Positions 24,888-40,798 of a stretch of 64,000 bases of DNA are shown here, one piece after another. The DNA lies in NCBI GenBank assembly GCA_951406725.2, contig OX597830.1, forward strand, positions 60,636,001 to 60,700,000, written 5' to 3'. Position 1 is the stretch's first letter. Each line of letters begins with the position of its first letter. The translations under genes were made by a program, and so were the position numbers. Source of the DNA: Octopus vulgaris (Eukaryota). Under the pieces are notes generated by a model. It was given only the letters and a program-made list of their open reading frames with translations, did no database searches and was not told where the DNA came from.

Positions 24888-26569
24888 TACATACATACAT
24901 ACATACATACATGCATACATACATACATATATACATACATACATACGTATATACATACATACATGCATACATACATACATACATACATACATAGATACAT
25001 ACATACATACATATATACACACATATATACATACATACATACATAAATACATACATACATACATACATACATACATACATACATACATACATACATACAT
25101 ACATACATACATAGTAATAAAAGCAGTTGTCGAGAGGAAATATAAAAAATGATTGACTCAACAAAACAAAAAACAATGAACAAATGATTGAACCGAAGAA
25201 GGGAAAAAGGCCGCTATGGAGTACATTCATCTCGGGTTCGATTACTGCTTCCTTCTCTCAGTTCAACAGTCTCGTACTCTCTCCCTCTTCATTCAAACCT
25301 TTTCCCTCTCCCTCTTTTAGTTTTTCTCTCCTTTTACTCTCTCTCTCTCTCTCTCACTCTTCCCCCTTCTCTCTCTCATTCTCACTCTCCCCCCTTCTCT
25401 ATCTCATTCTCACTCTCCCCCCTTCTCTATCTCTCTCTCTCATTCTCTTTCTTCTTCACTTTTACCCCCGACAGCACCCTTCCCACCACTGCACTTATGC
25501 CCCTTTTATCATTACACATCCTCCTCATCTATCTCACCGCCACCACCACCGTCACCATCACCGCCACCACCACCACCGCCACCACCATCACCACCACCGC
25601 CACCACCACCACCACCGCCACCACACGCATCTGGCCCCGCCGCTGTGCCTTCTCTCGTCTATTACCTGTACCACCTGCTACGTAAGCCCCTGCCATGTGG
25701 CTGTATATGACTGCACAACACACGCACACACGTACACACGTACACACACGTACACACGCACGTACCAACACATGCGCGCGGCGCGATTAAGGTAAAGCAT
25801 AGAGGCGGAGGTGATATGAGAGTGGGAGGTATCAGCTCCGATGGTTGATAGTGGTTCGCCTTCTTATCGGTTAATATATTCAAGCTGACTTCATTTCATT
25901 AAGCTTTCTCCACCACCACCACCACCATACCACCCACCACCACCACCACCACCACCTCCATACCACCCACCACCCACCACCACCACCATCATTACATCTT
26001 CACTATTTTCATCATTACCGTCGTACCATCATCATCATCATCATCATCATCATCATAACAACTCCTTTCCCGACATACCATCGTACCTTCACCTTCACCG
26101 TCACACCACCATCACCACCACCGTACTCCACCTCTCTCTACACACACCCACTGCATTACTATCATTACTACCAAACTCACTCCTCTCCCTACTACCACCA
26201 CCTCGAATGCAACTACTACAACCACCACCATCAGATTCACACACTTACCACTCACTCTGCCTACCACTACGTCTTCCATATTTGAACTGTTTTAATATAT
26301 CTCTTTCTCACTTTGCTTCGAATTTTCTTGTTTTAACGTTTTCCTTTTATTCATTTCTCTTCACATCGCCTTCCATATCTATCTTACCACCAGCACATCT
26401 GTCTATGCACCTAACTATCTATCTACCTATTTATATCCGTTTCTATCTGTCTATATATATATATCAATCTACCTACCTATCTATATATATATATATGTAT
26501 GTATGTATGTATGTATATACATGCATAAATATATGTGTGTGTATGTATATATATGCATGTATATGTATG

Positions 26570-26629
<60 letters not shown>

Positions 26630-26792
26630 TTTACAAACACACACACACGCATATACATATATACGTATATGTGTGTATATATATATATATGCATATGTGA
26701 TTATATAATATGTACATATATATACATATATATATGTCTGTATATATATATATACATATACATATATATATATACACACACACACATATATA

Positions 26793-26886
<94 letters not shown>

Positions 26887-27357
26887 TACGTATATATATA
26901 TATATATATATATATATTCATATATATAAAATTAATATAAACAGTAGTTTGCAATGTTTCACCAAAAAGGAGAATTTAGTGACACTTGCATTCAAATATG
27001 TGTGTGAAGAATGTTTGTGTTTGTGCATTCATACACACATACACATGCATGTGTATGAGTGTTTATTTGTTAGCCTACTTGTTCATCTAGTTAGCTATCT
27101 ACCTTACTATGGACGCCAGCAGACATGATGTAGAAAACCAAAAGATATTAATTAACTGCAATTTCACCCTTAATGAACAGAACAATCATTTTCAAAACAG
27201 CCAATTCTAATTTTAAAAAAACACAAAAACAAGAAAGCAAGGAAACGTAGTGAAAGGAACAGCCAAGATGGGGTCACCGGCCCAACTTACACATAATATA
27301 AAAATTCCTTCGCCCAGAAATGCAGAATTGAACAACATCAAAGTCTTGATTAATATT

Positions 27358-27750
27358 GGCTTCAAATTTCGGCACAAAGCCAGCGTGTTTGGGGGAAGGA
27401 TAAGACGACTACATTAATCCCCTGTGTTGTACTGGTACTCACTTTACCGACCCCGAAAGGATGAAAGGCAAAGTCGACCTTGGCGGAATTTGAAATCAGA
27501 ACGCTAAGAACTTTGCCCGCCGTGCTAACAACGATTCTTTTCTACTCTAGGCACAAGACCCGAAATTTTGGGGGAAGGGGACCAATCTATTAGATCAACC
27601 CCAGTGCGCAACTGGTACTTAATTTATCGATCGCGAAGGATGAAAGGTAAAGTCGACCTCGGCGGAATTTGAACTCAGAACGTAACGACAGACGAAATAC
27701 CGCTACGCATTTCGCCCGGCGTGCTAACGTTCCTACCAGCTCGACGCCTT
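27358..27750 (-). mobile_element. Two tandem SINE family B copies (27358-27538, 27545-27750)
   Basis: Each has the reverse complement of gagttcaaattccgccgaggtcgactttgcctttcatcctttcggggtcgataaa (B box plus Meta-domain-like core). Confidence 0.9.
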
Positions 27751-27915
27751 AAAAAGAAGTCTTTATTTTATTTAGGAGGATCTCTAATCATATAGAAATA
27801 ACTCCGACTTGTTTGAGCCTCAATAGTGCTCATCAGCAAAGCACCGTCCAACCATTACTGTTGAATCTGAGAATGACCAGAGAACATAGGATTACTGTCT
27901 CTATCTATTCATCTC

Positions 27916-27947
<32 letters not shown>

Positions 27948-28004
27948 AAGGCGCATGGCTCAGTGGTTCTCAATGCACATCACATAAATGCTATAAATAT
28001 TGAT

Positions 28005-28204
28005 TTCGAATTTTGGCACAAGGCCAACAATTTGAGGTGAAGGGGTAAGTTGATTAAATCGACCCTAGTGCTTAACTGGTACCTATTTAAACGGCCCCGA
28101 ATGATTAAAGGAAAAGCTGACCTCAGCGGAATTTAAACTGAGACGAAAGAAATGCCGTTAAGCATTTTGCCCGGTGCGGTGACGATACTGCCAGCTCGCC
28201 ACCT
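28005..28204 (-). mobile_element. SINE family B
   Basis: Same layout as 27545-27750, ending ctgccagctcgccacc. Confidence 0.88.
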
Positions 28205-28484
28205 TGACTGCTATAAGTAATAGCATATAAATATTAGATTGAAAACCCTATTAGGTAGAAAATGTCGAAGGCTGCTCGCGGAATACAAACCCACTTCTCC
28301 CTGTGAATCAGCAGTTCTCTGGTGTTTGACGAGAAGACCCTGAATATATATATAATTTTTGAGACAGAACCACCTTCAACTCAATCAACACTGAAAGATT
28401 TTATACTTGACCACTCCATAAAATGTTAAAAATTGAAATCTTTTATAACTATATCTATTCTGAATTCTGTATTTTCCGTTTATA

Positions 28485-28558
28485 AGACTACATGTGTTTC
28501 ATGAATGTATTTAGTTTCAATACTTACTCGGGTCGACATACTCCCAATCTTCAGGTCT
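28485..28558 (-). ncRNA. Type I hammerhead ribozyme motif
   Basis: agac CTGAAGA ttgggagtat...atacattcat GAAA CACATG TA gtct. 4-bp stem I, intact core, GUA triplet, imperfect stem II. Confidence 0.75.
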
Positions 28559-28642
28559 GGATTCCTCAACATTTTTCACTACCCCTACCTTTTATATACT
28601 TCCATGATACTCTATATCTTCAATATAATCTTACTTAACATG

Positions 28643-28891
<249 letters not shown>

Positions 28892-29370
28892 TTCGCTGAA
28901 ATTATCCTTCCTTTCTGTAAAACTAAAGCCTGGTGGTAAATAGGACTAAATCGAAATAGGAAAGGGAGACAATCTCAAGAATCAAGATTTTTTTCCTGGG
29001 TTGATGTGCCATTAAGAAAAAGGGGCCATTGTGGATACGCGTTTCTAAATCAAAAGGCGTCATCAGCATACCTGGTCTCCTTGCTTGACTCTAGCGGACA
29101 AGACTTAGACGTGTACAAAAAGAGTAAAAAACCGTTATGGCCTCGGGTAATTTGCATAACTAAAGAAAATTAAGATGAGAAAAGTTGTATTAAATATTAT
29201 ATACGAAATAGATTTTAGATTTATTGAGATCTCCCTCACTTCTAGAGTAGGTATAAGGTTTGACTAGCTGGATCGGAACCAATTCCGAAATGAAAGGGAG
29301 AAAAATAACATCAGGAATCAACAAATCTCCGGAGTTGACAACCCCTTAAGGGATAGATACTGTATACACA

Positions 29371-29447
<77 letters not shown>

Positions 29448-29705
29448 GTTATAAGAGGTAATAGTGTCAGGAAGATCCAAAGGTGTCAGGTAATGCTGAG
29501 TAAGTGCCATGGGCAGACTATAGTTAAGCTCTAGGTTCGGTGATTTCACAAGGTATTGGAATGTTATATGTATACCATTCTGCCTAAATAATGGATCTAC
29601 AAATCCAATATCCCTGCATATCTCACATTTATTCTCATTCCTCCACTTCACTCTCTATTTCGTATCTTACCTAAATTAACTATTGCTTAACCATTTTCTC
29701 ACACC

Positions 29706-29753
29706 GTCTCCGATGAAGGGATATAATAAATATCCTGAAAACAGCTGTAAAAC
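29706..29753 (+). ncRNA. Hammerhead-like motif (CCGAUGA core variant)
   Basis: gtct CCGATGA a gggatat aataa atatcct GAAA ACAGCTGT A aaac. 7-bp stem II and palindromic stem III. Confidence 0.7.
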
Positions 29754-29836
29754 CTTCTATTTATAAATGTTATAAATGTTCTAAAATTTTCACAGTGTTG
29801 GTTTTTATCTCATTCTGAAAAAAAAAAATATATATA

Positions 29837-29872
<36 letters not shown>

Positions 29873-30013
29873 TGTATGTATGTATGTGTATATACACGCA
29901 TATCTGTGTGTAAGTGTGTATGTGTGCGTGTGTGTGAGAGAGAGAGTGTGTGTATGCATAACTGAAAAACTTGGAGTCAACAAGAAGGGGTTCGGCAGGA
30001 CATTTATTTTTTA

Positions 30014-30119
30014 ATCACTACAATTGTTTACACGCATCGGAGTTCTCCAGATGTACAGGTAATTACTTATGCAACTGTCTCCTTGCATTATGAGATCTAG
30101 TTGTGTTTCCTCAGGCGAT
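30014..30119 (-). ncRNA. Degenerate hammerhead motif related to 12566-12671
   Basis: atcgc CTGAGGA ...gtgt AAA CAATTG TA gtgat. The G of GAAA is lost. Confidence 0.65.
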
Positions 30120-30559
30120 ATGTAAATATTGTTTCCGTAAGTTTAAAATCCTCGACCTCAAGAACATCCTATCTTTCTGTTGAGCCTGAATTTAGTTGTA
30201 GTTTCTGAGCCTATTAGAGTGTGTTGTCGTCAATGGGCCGTTGCAAACTCCTTTGAATATGTAGATGTAGTGGAATGGTGATTCTGATACTGTTCAAGGG
30301 GTTGTTGTTTTAAAGGGATTGGTGTTTTATTTGTACTGCTGCTGATTTGTTCTCCATGGTTGATTACACATGCGATTGTCTTTAGCTGGCCTTTAAAATT
30401 CAACGCTCATATCAGTGGCTGTGTGGTAAGTAGTTTGCTTACCAAACACATATATAAGGAAAATAGGACAAGGTAGAATATGCTAAAATAATTTTATCAT
30501 GAAGAACATGAAGAACATGAAGAACTTAGAATAAAGCATGAAAAACAATTAAATTGTGG

Positions 30560-30975
30560 AGAAATTTAATGAAATGTATAGGCTTTCAATGTGTCCTACA
30601 GCTCAACATCCACGAACTCAGACATCTTAAACTAAAGAATGATTTACAACCAAAAGCCCTACCATACATCTCCACACACAATCCCTTTAACAATGAAGCC
30701 TTTGACACCATCCTGAACATTCCTCTACTAAAAAGGGAACACAGAATGAATTTAACGCACACCATCATAAATAGCAACACACAACCCAAATCTATAAAAA
30801 GTCTCCTAACACAAGCTCAAGTACACTCGGCAGCAACCACTGAAGCCATCAGTAAAAAAAATGCGGAAGACATAACTGTGGTATATCCATCAATCTAATT
30901 GAGGAATCGGGGTTCTCTTTCAAACAGGATCAACGTTTTACAGTGAAAAACAATTTCATATGACACGGAAACAGC
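30560..30975 (+). mobile_element. Penelope-like element, RT thumb to GIY-YIG linker fragment
   Basis: LPYISTHNPFN...IINSNTQPKSIKSLLTQA, then after a frameshift KKCGRHNCG, a Cys-rich linker typical of Neptune/Naiad-type PLEs. Confidence 0.75.
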
Positions 30976-32162
30976 AGTTTTCTTTCAGAGGGAGGTTTCA
31001 ACTCAACGTGGTTCACCTCTCCGGCCTTTATACTCTTATCTTTTTGCTTCTCTTATTTGAACTCTCATTTCTCCAGTTCTGTTTCGTAACTATTTTATAT
31101 TTCAATTTAGTTTGTCATCTATTAATTCAACTTTACTTTTCGCATTTTATTTTCTATTTCATATTTAATTCCTGCTTATGATTTAAAGTATTAATTCAAC
31201 CATTTATGTGTCAACATACACTGCTAGAACTTGTATTCTGCCGAACAAATCCGTACGCATTCCCTTAAACCGAAAATTTGCAGCGTCATTGTTGACATAT
31301 GTCTGTGCTACATCCTACACGTTGTCAAGTAATTGGCTTTACGATCAAGACGCTAACCAATTTTCCTTTGATTCCTTTAGTGCATAGATTTGGATTGTTG
31401 CACGAGTTACACATTTTCCATCTTTATGATTTTCAAGTATCCAACTCCGCAAGGTTCTTCTTCGGCGGCGGCGGCGGCGGCCACTCGTCAATGGTTCACC
31501 TCACTCAGCACTCTGAGATTTTGCATCATTTTATGATTATTCTATATCTTTCTCTTGTCTCTCTTTAGTTTCAGCGAGACACGAAATTCTCTTACAACAA
31601 CTTATTTGTCTTCTCGCCAGCTTCAATATCTTTTAGTTCTGTATCCTTATTATTGTTCGTTTCTGTGAAATATCTTTTCCATAAAATGATGGGAAAAATT
31701 TAAAGCCAAACTAAACGACTGTACTTCACAATCTATAAGAAATAACCAACACAGCTGACCTACCAAGTGACATTGTGACACGACTTTCACCTGATTCTGA
31801 TACAGTCTTCCCAATCACCGTAGCTGAGAGAAGTGGCCAATTAGAATTTAGCCAAATTTTGGGACAATTTTAGTGAACACATTCCTGTCTCAAACATCAT
31901 CCGCAGTGTTCCCTCACTCGGTGAAGATTCAATTTCTTGCTGCATCATTTAAACACAAGATACCTACTCAAACAGTAAGTGTTAATCTCAAGCCTGCAAT
32001 AAATTAGAGTCGACTTTTATACAACATGCATGGAAAATTCGAGATATTTAATACCAGAATGGAGACTAAACATATGAAAAATATCATGTCGATATTCATT
32101 CGAGTATATACAGTATAAACGCGTGCATCTGGTGGTTCCCTGCAATACACACACACACACAT

Positions 32163-32335
<173 letters not shown>

Positions 32336-32344
32336 ACATTATGA

Positions 32345-32387
<43 letters not shown>

Positions 32388-33716
32388 CATATAGGTATGT
32401 ATGCATACATTATTATTGTTGTTATTATTATTATTGTTGTTATTACTTAATTTCGCATTCCCATAGAAACAGTTTGCATTTAAAGACTCTATATTTATTC
32501 TGCATCTTTTCTTTATAAAATCTAAAATAATTTTCTCCCCTTACAGTTTCTGTTATTTCCATTTCTTTATATTTTTATTGTCTCCAAAGATCAAACCAAA
32601 TATTTTTTCACCGAACTCTTTCTCCAGGTTCGTCAGGGATTGTTTTTTTTTTTCCATCAACTTTCAAAAATCCTCATTTAGTATTCAGTTTTTCTTACGT
32701 GGCAGCATTTCCCTATTCCAACATTCAAATATTTGCAAATCCTGCGTTTGGCTTCAACGAATTGTGTCCCTTCCACCTTACCAGATAAGGAATTAACTTT
32801 ATAGTTCAATACTTTTGCTTTCTTATACAGATTTCATACGGTTGATATTTGGATGTTTTAAACATTCTGAATGTTATTTTTAACCGTTCCTTCAACGTAT
32901 CCCCTCGTAATTCATAACTCCTACACCTGCCGTACATATTCCATTTCGATCCCTCTTTCACTCCACCACTAATTTTCTTTTAATTACTCTTTAACCTAGT
33001 TACGTGAAGTAACAACATTCATCTAATTAATTGCCAGAAATTCATATAAATACAAAACAATTAACAGAAATAGTTAGAACTAATAATCGAGGATTATAAA
33101 TAAACTGTGGCAGGGCGACTAACAACATTGTTACTCTATCTTCCACTGACCCCGAACGAGGTTGAGGAGTATCAAATTTCTTTACTGGATGTCAATACTA
33201 TTTACCCGTAGTAAGAGAGAACAATAGCTTATAAGGTTGAGGGCTAGAGACAGAAGGACCTAGCTCTGTATAGATGCCACACTGACTAAATTCCATCCTC
33301 TTCTCTTTTCTACTGTAACCTCGGGACAACCAAAGCCTTGTAAGTGGATTTGGTAGACGGAAACTTAAAGAAGCCCGTAGCATTTGCGTGTATGCGTGTG
33401 TGTGTGTATAGGTGTCTGTGTATGTGCGCATGTGTTTTGTACGCATGTGTGTGTGTACGCATGTGTGTGTGTACGCATGTGTGTGTGTACGCATGTGTGT
33501 GTACGCATGTGTGCACCCATGTGTGTGTGTCTGTCTGTTTATCTGTCTGTCATTGTTACTCTACCTGTTTAAGATAATTAGCAATACCATAGCTACCTTT
33601 TGCATGTATATGGTAAATGCTACCACCTCACATCGTTTCCAGAATATAGTAGTAAACACCAAAAAAGGGAAATGATCAGAGAAAGGTTTGAAAGTCAACG
33701 TAAGATCGTAAGTAAA

Positions 33717-33907
33717 TATAACAAGTAATCCAGAATCCTTGTCCGGAACTGGATCGATCCCAAAATCTAATCAGTTCGTGCCAGTCACGAGATCAAACAT
33801 CTCTGAAAGTTTCATCTGAATCCATCCAGCGGTTCTTGAGATATCTTGTCCACGGACAAACACGACTGGAAACAATACCTCTGGCTTCGCTAAGGCGGAG
33901 GTAATAA
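33717..33907 (+). mobile_element. Helentron-associated (HINE/DINE-1-like) non-autonomous element
   Basis: aaaatctaatcagttc...aagtttcat...aatccatccagcggttcttgagatatc...acggacaaaca body; 3' hairpin tacctctggctt-cgct-aaggcggaggta. Confidence 0.75.
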
Positions 33908-33959
33908 TCGCCATCATCGTAACGTTTTTGTTTAACTGTTATTTATTGAATTGTTGGAT

Positions 33960-34270
33960 TGTTGTTATACCCAAAAAGTGTAAAGACAGAGAAGAGAATT
34001 GCTAAGATGAAGAACGTTATAAGAGTGAAATTAGCGGCCAAAGAGTGTAACGAAGGTTTTAAAGCTGCTTTGTTGGGAAAAGAAAGAGGAGAGAAACTGA
34101 AGGAGTTGTTTGGCGAAAGAATAGAGATGATAGGAATAGACATTGTCTACGACGAATTGCCGCCAGTGGTGGCCATCGAAGAGCTAACAGAGTATATGTT
34201 ATAAACCAACGGATACAAGACCGATATGAACTGTTCATTTAAAAACAGTAAAATGGAACTACCTGCTTTG
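33960..34270 (+). pseudogene. Possible L1/Tx1 ORF1 remnant
   Basis: Non-repetitive peptide MKNVIRVKL...IVYDELPPVVAIEELTEYML*TNGYK loosely resembles Tx1 ORF1 RRM-like segments. Unverified. Confidence 0.3.
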
Positions 34271-34469
34271 GGGGGGGGGGGGTAAGCCATTTCATTCTCG
34301 TTTTTATTATGTCCATAATTCGTTCGATATGTATTTCTATGTACCGCCAATGTATTGTTTTGTCTCTTCTCTACTGAAGCCTTGTGCTTAATTAAAGAAA
34401 TAAGGACGTTGGTGTTGCCTTGGCAGAAGTTTCCGCTCTCTGAGCGCTCTTATTATTATTATTATTATT

Positions 34470-35285
<816 letters not shown>

Positions 35286-35357
35286 CATCACCACCACCAT
35301 CACCATCATCATCACTATCATCATCGTCGTCGTCGTCCGTCACCGTCGTCATCGACA

Positions 35358-36320
35358 TCATTATTTCATTTACACACAAAAGATTAGACTGTTGGAAAAA
35401 TATTCCTAACATCGGTCGACAATAAGTAACCTCAGATGCCAAGAGCCTTCCTAAGTACCCTAGCAGTCCTTAATAATATTGCTTTCTGGAGCTTCACTAA
35501 ACTGGGTTTTACGCCTATTTCCTCTCTCCATCTGTTCAAATCTTTAAGTATAGTTTCTAATGCACCTGTAACTACAGGAACACATTTTACCTGCACTTAC
35601 CACAGCCCCTCTGTAACTCAATGGCTTGGTCCTTGTACTTCACTGTTTTCTCTATACCTCTCATATTGACTTTCTCATCATTTGGGACAATAAAGTCAAT
35701 TACCTGGCATTTTCTCTTCTCTTTGTGTACTACTACTAAATCAGGCTTTCTAGATTCAATTACTCTGTTAAAATCCCACATCTTATATTTCTTACTTTCT
35801 AGCACATTACTAGGTTTCATGTGCATACGATTTATCAGTATGGTCAAATCCAAGCTTTCTACATAACTTTCAACATAACTAAGTTGTCATGTCTTTTCTT
35901 GTATTTTTTCTGAGCCAGCATACTACATTCACTAACCTACACTGGGAATCTACCTGATTTTTGCCTATCTTAGCTTTTATCCAATTATTCCTTAATGCCT
36001 GATCTTGTACTGCTACTAACAAACTATCTGTCTCCTTTCTCAGCCTTTTGTTCTGTAACTATCTTTGGAAATTTACCATGAAAAACCTTCTCTTGCCAGT
36101 TAGATAATCTTTCTTTTTTTCTGGTTTTTAACTACATTTATCTTTTATGGTTTCCTTATCTCCTACCGTTTCACTAGCAGCTCTTAATAAAATTCCCTCG
36201 CTATTGCCTACATAAGAGGCTCTATAGACAATAGTAAGCCTTCTATTGACATCTTGCGCTTTCTTTTCTAGGTAAATACAATCTTGCTGCTCCCGCTCTA
36301 GGATGGTGATTGAGTAGTGA
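35358..36320 (-). mobile_element. Older R4/Dong-clade LINE 3' fragment
   Basis: HHPRAGAARLYLPRK, ETDSLLVAVQDQALR, YKKRHDN, RKPDLVVV..VIDFIVPND..KYKD and LQKAILLRTARVLRKALGI, with frameshifts. Confidence 0.9.
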
Positions 36321-36542
36321 AACGTGTACTTTTAAAAATTGAAGCAAGTTTTTTATATCACCTATCACTTAACGCATGCGCATAAGTGTAATTCCGTGAA
36401 ATATTCACTCTTATTTACGTGGCAGATATATGCAATTTAGCTAAAGTCTGTATCATATGTACGGCGATATTTTTTATGAGAAAAATTGAAAAATATTTAT
36501 TTTATGAGTGCTGTGTACTAAGTCGATAAAATTGTGCATAAA

Positions 36543-36620
<78 letters not shown>

Positions 36621-36799
36621 CATTAAGTAATCATTGCCTTCCAATTTCCTTCACTTTTCAATGAATAGCAAATGAGTAACCTATCTTTTGATACAGACAC
36701 AACACAGGCTATGCTTTCAGGTTTTGGGGATAAAGCTTTCAGAAATAACCCAATAATAGATTTACCATTAATTCCGTGAAATATTCATGGGTCCCGCTA

Positions 36800-36805
36800 G
36801 TTATT

Positions 36806-36897
<92 letters not shown>

Positions 36898-36904
36898 CAT
36901 CATC

Positions 36905-36981
<77 letters not shown>

Positions 36982-36983
36982 CA

Positions 36984-37068
<85 letters not shown>

Positions 37069-37206
37069 CATTATTATCATTATTATTATTATCATCATCA
37101 TCATCATTATTATTATTATCATTATTACTATCGTTACTATTATTATTATTATTATTCAACATTTTATAGTTTGAGGCAGATTGTGGTGGTGGTGGTGGTG
37201 GTGGTG

Positions 37207-37274
<68 letters not shown>

Positions 37275-37280
37275 GGTATG

Positions 37281-37344
<64 letters not shown>

Positions 37345-37420
37345 TAGTAGTAGTAGTAACAGCAGCAACAGCACCAGCACCAGCAACAACAACAACAAAA
37401 ATAACTGTAGCAGTAGTAGT
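36800..37420. repeat. Compound triplet microsatellite (CAT/TAT, GTG/GTA, CAA)
   Basis: Direct reading. Confidence 0.95.
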
Positions 37421-38054
37421 ATGCGGTTCATGTGGCCTATAAAGAAAGAATTTTTTGTTACTTTTATTATCAGTATTATTATTATTATTATTTTCATCAT
37501 CACTGTTGTTATTTTGAATATTATTACAACCGCTCTATTGTTTCGTTACATTTAGCTTATCAAAACAAAATTTTAACGGCAGGAAAGTGGTTGGTTACAG
37601 AGAAAGACAGGTTATAAACTTAAAAAAATAAAATGGCAGGAAGAAATGTCGAAAGTGACAGAACAAAATCCAATCTGTTGACTTGATTTTTTTTGATTTT
37701 TTTTTATGTTAGTTGTAATGTGAATGCAAGGGGTAAGTTTTGAAAACTGTTGTGATTTAAATATAGGACAGAGTAAAGGTCGTTGCCCCTTTGTACTTTA
37801 TTTAATGGAATTGTTTTAAGAGGATGACGAAAGAGGGAAGAGAGGGGAAAGAATAGAAAAGAGGGAAAAAGAAGAGGGAAGAGGAAGTAAAGACGAGAAG
37901 TGATAGGGAATGAGGTTAGCAGACTTACAACTATATGTCCAAATTAGTGTCAATGTGAAAATTAATTAATTCCTGAATAAATTATTGTGCTAAAGCTATA
38001 CAAGGACATTGTGAAACTGTGTTATTTCGTGTCGTCATGTTTAAATAATTAAGA

Positions 38055-38810
38055 ATGGTTTGGCTATGCGGTTAAGAATTTAGCTTTGCAATCTCTTAGT
38101 TTTGAGTTCAATCCCACTGCATGACGCTTTTGGTAAGTATTGCCTACTGTAACATCAGACCAATCAAAACCTTGGGAAAAATATTGGTAAACGGAAACTA
38201 TACGGAAGCTTTTCGTGTGTGCGCAGCTTGATCACCAGTGTTGGTTTGTTTGCGTCCCTATAACTTAACAGTTCGGCAAAAAGAGGCTAGTAGAAGAAGT
38301 ACCAGACTTTAAAATTATTACTGGGGTTGATTTAGTCGATTACATCATCAAGACGATGCCCCAGTATGGCCGTAGTCCTTTGGCTGAAATAAGTAAAAAA
38401 AATAAGAGCTCAAGAATAACAAGGTTAGGATACAAGAGACTATACAAACACACCTTTATACACCCACATACATACACATCTCCATATGCATACACATGCA
38501 TGTACATACACACATATACATACACACATATACATGTATGCATACATAACGTAACACACGCTCATATACACGTGTGTGAGTGTTTCTATAACTGAACGTG
38601 TAACAATGTTTAAAGAATTTTAACTCGTGGGATATGTATAGACGCAGATACAGCTGTGTGGTTAAGAAACCTGATTCCCAACCAAACCATGTGGTCTTAG
38701 GTTCAGTCCCACTGCGCAGCACCTTGGGCAAGTGTCTTCTACTATAACTCTGGACCGACCGAATCTTTGTAAGTGGATTTGGTAAACGGAAACTGAAAGA
38801 AGCTTGTGTG
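38055..38810 (+). mobile_element. Two diverged SINE family A copies (38055-38402; head half 38638-38810)
   Basis: gttca(a/g)tcccactgc, ttggtaaacggaaact and ccagtatggccg motifs. Confidence 0.8.
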
Positions 38811-38820
38811 TTTGAGTGTG

Positions 38821-38872
<52 letters not shown>

Positions 38873-38991
38873 CATACATATTTTTTTTTATATAAAACTC
38901 TTCGCTGATCTCGGCTCTGTTTATGTCTTGGGCTATCAGCCGAGTGTATATAGCATTGATGCAGCGGATATTTTAAATTTTGTCTCGGGTG

Positions 38992-39067
38992 AACCTAGCT
39001 GACGAAGACAACCCAGATTTGCGATAACAAACATATTCTGGCAAGTCCGAAACTCGAGTACTAGGTT
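38992..39067 (+). ncRNA. Type I hammerhead ribozyme motif, best preserved in the window
   Basis: aacctag CTGACGA a gac..ccaga...tctgg..gtc c GAAA CTCGAG TA ctaggtt. Perfect 7-bp stem I, palindromic stem III ACTCGAGT, predicted cut after 39060. Confidence 0.88.
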
Positions 39068-39231
39068 GACCATTTCTCTGGTGTTTCTCCTAGAGGTAAC
39101 ACGAAAATGTTTTTCGTTCGCCGCCCGCACACACCTTTGCTTCTATACATTCATACATTCAGTGAAGCTTTACATAGCGTCGTACGGTTATCGACTGCTA
39201 TTTCCAACAAACATTGGTGCCTTGTTGTGCC

Positions 39232-39282
<51 letters not shown>

Positions 39283-39284
39283 TA

Positions 39285-39515
39285 TTATGCAAGGGGATGG
39301 AGCGAGGGGAACACAAACTGAAATTTACCAGCGAAGGAAGAAAGGAGAGCGCGGCAGCGTCAGATGCAGTCGTTGCATGAAAGATTGCCACTTCCGTGTG
39401 GGCTTGTACATCCACAGCAGGCGATACACTGCCATCAGCAGTTGACACAAAATTCTCCAGGCGCAGATCCATGGACTTTTGAGACCGACTGCTGCCTATC
39501 TATCTATCTATCTAT
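39285..39515 (+). mobile_element. RTE/BovB-like LINE 3' end
   Basis: C-terminal C2H2-like RCSRCMKDCHFRVGLYIHSRR, a short 3' UTR and a (CTAT)n tail. Confidence 0.85.
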
Positions 39516-40755
39516 CGATCTTCATCTCATGTTGCTCTGCGATCACTTCAACACATGACGCGTGGTACACCGTGCGCCTGTTCAGACAACGTCGATTTGA
39601 TGGAGGGAGGGAGCTAATGTACAGCACATCCATTTGATCATTATAAACAAATCATTTGTGTCGTTCTGCAAAAAAGTTGAACACTCATACGTCGTCTTCG
39701 ACGGGAGCGTCCATCATATATACACACACACACACAACATCCTGGAAAACTCGCCCTAGCCGTAACTGGTCCATATACAATTGCACTCTAATACAATCCC
39801 TGTTTACTTGCTGTGAAATTATTTCCCTTCCTTTCCAGTTTGCCTGACATGCAAACTAATATATAATCTGACGCCTCCACGCTGGTTACCTCGATACGTA
39901 AAACATCAGTTTCTGGCATCGCTTAACTCTCGAACTGTACAGATCGCCCGACCCCTGACACCAATAGGACTGTCCCTTCTAACATTTGGAACTATATATA
40001 AAATTATCTGGCATCACTGTTTTCTGAAACTATTCTTGAACTAACCAAGAAACGTTCAAGTGTATCTCATCTACAAGCCGTCTTTAAATTCTTCCATCGC
40101 TTTCAATCCGTACATTTGTCTGAAGATGTAAACCCTCATCAGCGCATACGAAACTTTATTTAATCTGTAGCAAATGATCTAAATATCTTACGTATTAATT
40201 TTCTTTCGCTATATCTCCCTGTATCAACACCTGTCGATCGCCACTCATACACGGGAGATAAACAGTTGCAGAGGAAAGTCAACAGTTTCTATACTTGTTG
40301 AAAAACACTCAAACGTCATCATGAAAATTATTGAAAAGAGAAGAAGTGAGATCAAACTTGAGAACTTCTTTGAGAAGCCAACTGCCATCATATCCCCAGT
40401 TTAATTCGGTTTAAAATCTGGAAAATGCCTTCTACAGATAAAGGACCTTGTGAATTTTGAAACTTTCTAAACTCTTCCAACAATTACGTGGCATACTTCA
40501 AACATCAAATATACCTCTCATGTACACTCTCTCCGCGTGATGGCCACTTTCTGTGAATATGAGAGATGTGTGTGAGAAGGTATAAAGAGAATATGTTTGT
40601 AGTGTAGAGTAATGTTTCACTAACAAAATGTTGATATATCAAAGAATCTAGCCGAAGTAACGCAGTGTCTAGTCTTCACACAACATATAACAGAAGTGAA
40701 TGAGAACAATGAACGGGTGAGATGTTTATATATACACATTTAAATATATATATAA

Positions 40756-40798
<43 letters not shown>

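Noticed and set aside
32740-32800. YLVRWKG chromodomain-like peptide on the minus strand
   Set aside because: Only a 7-residue match with no downstream chromodomain signature. The region may be a decayed LINE 3' end, but I cannot support a call.
40190-40340. hAT dimerisation-like LPVST motif (also PITVAERS near 31810)
   Set aside because: Too short and degraded to call without a profile search.
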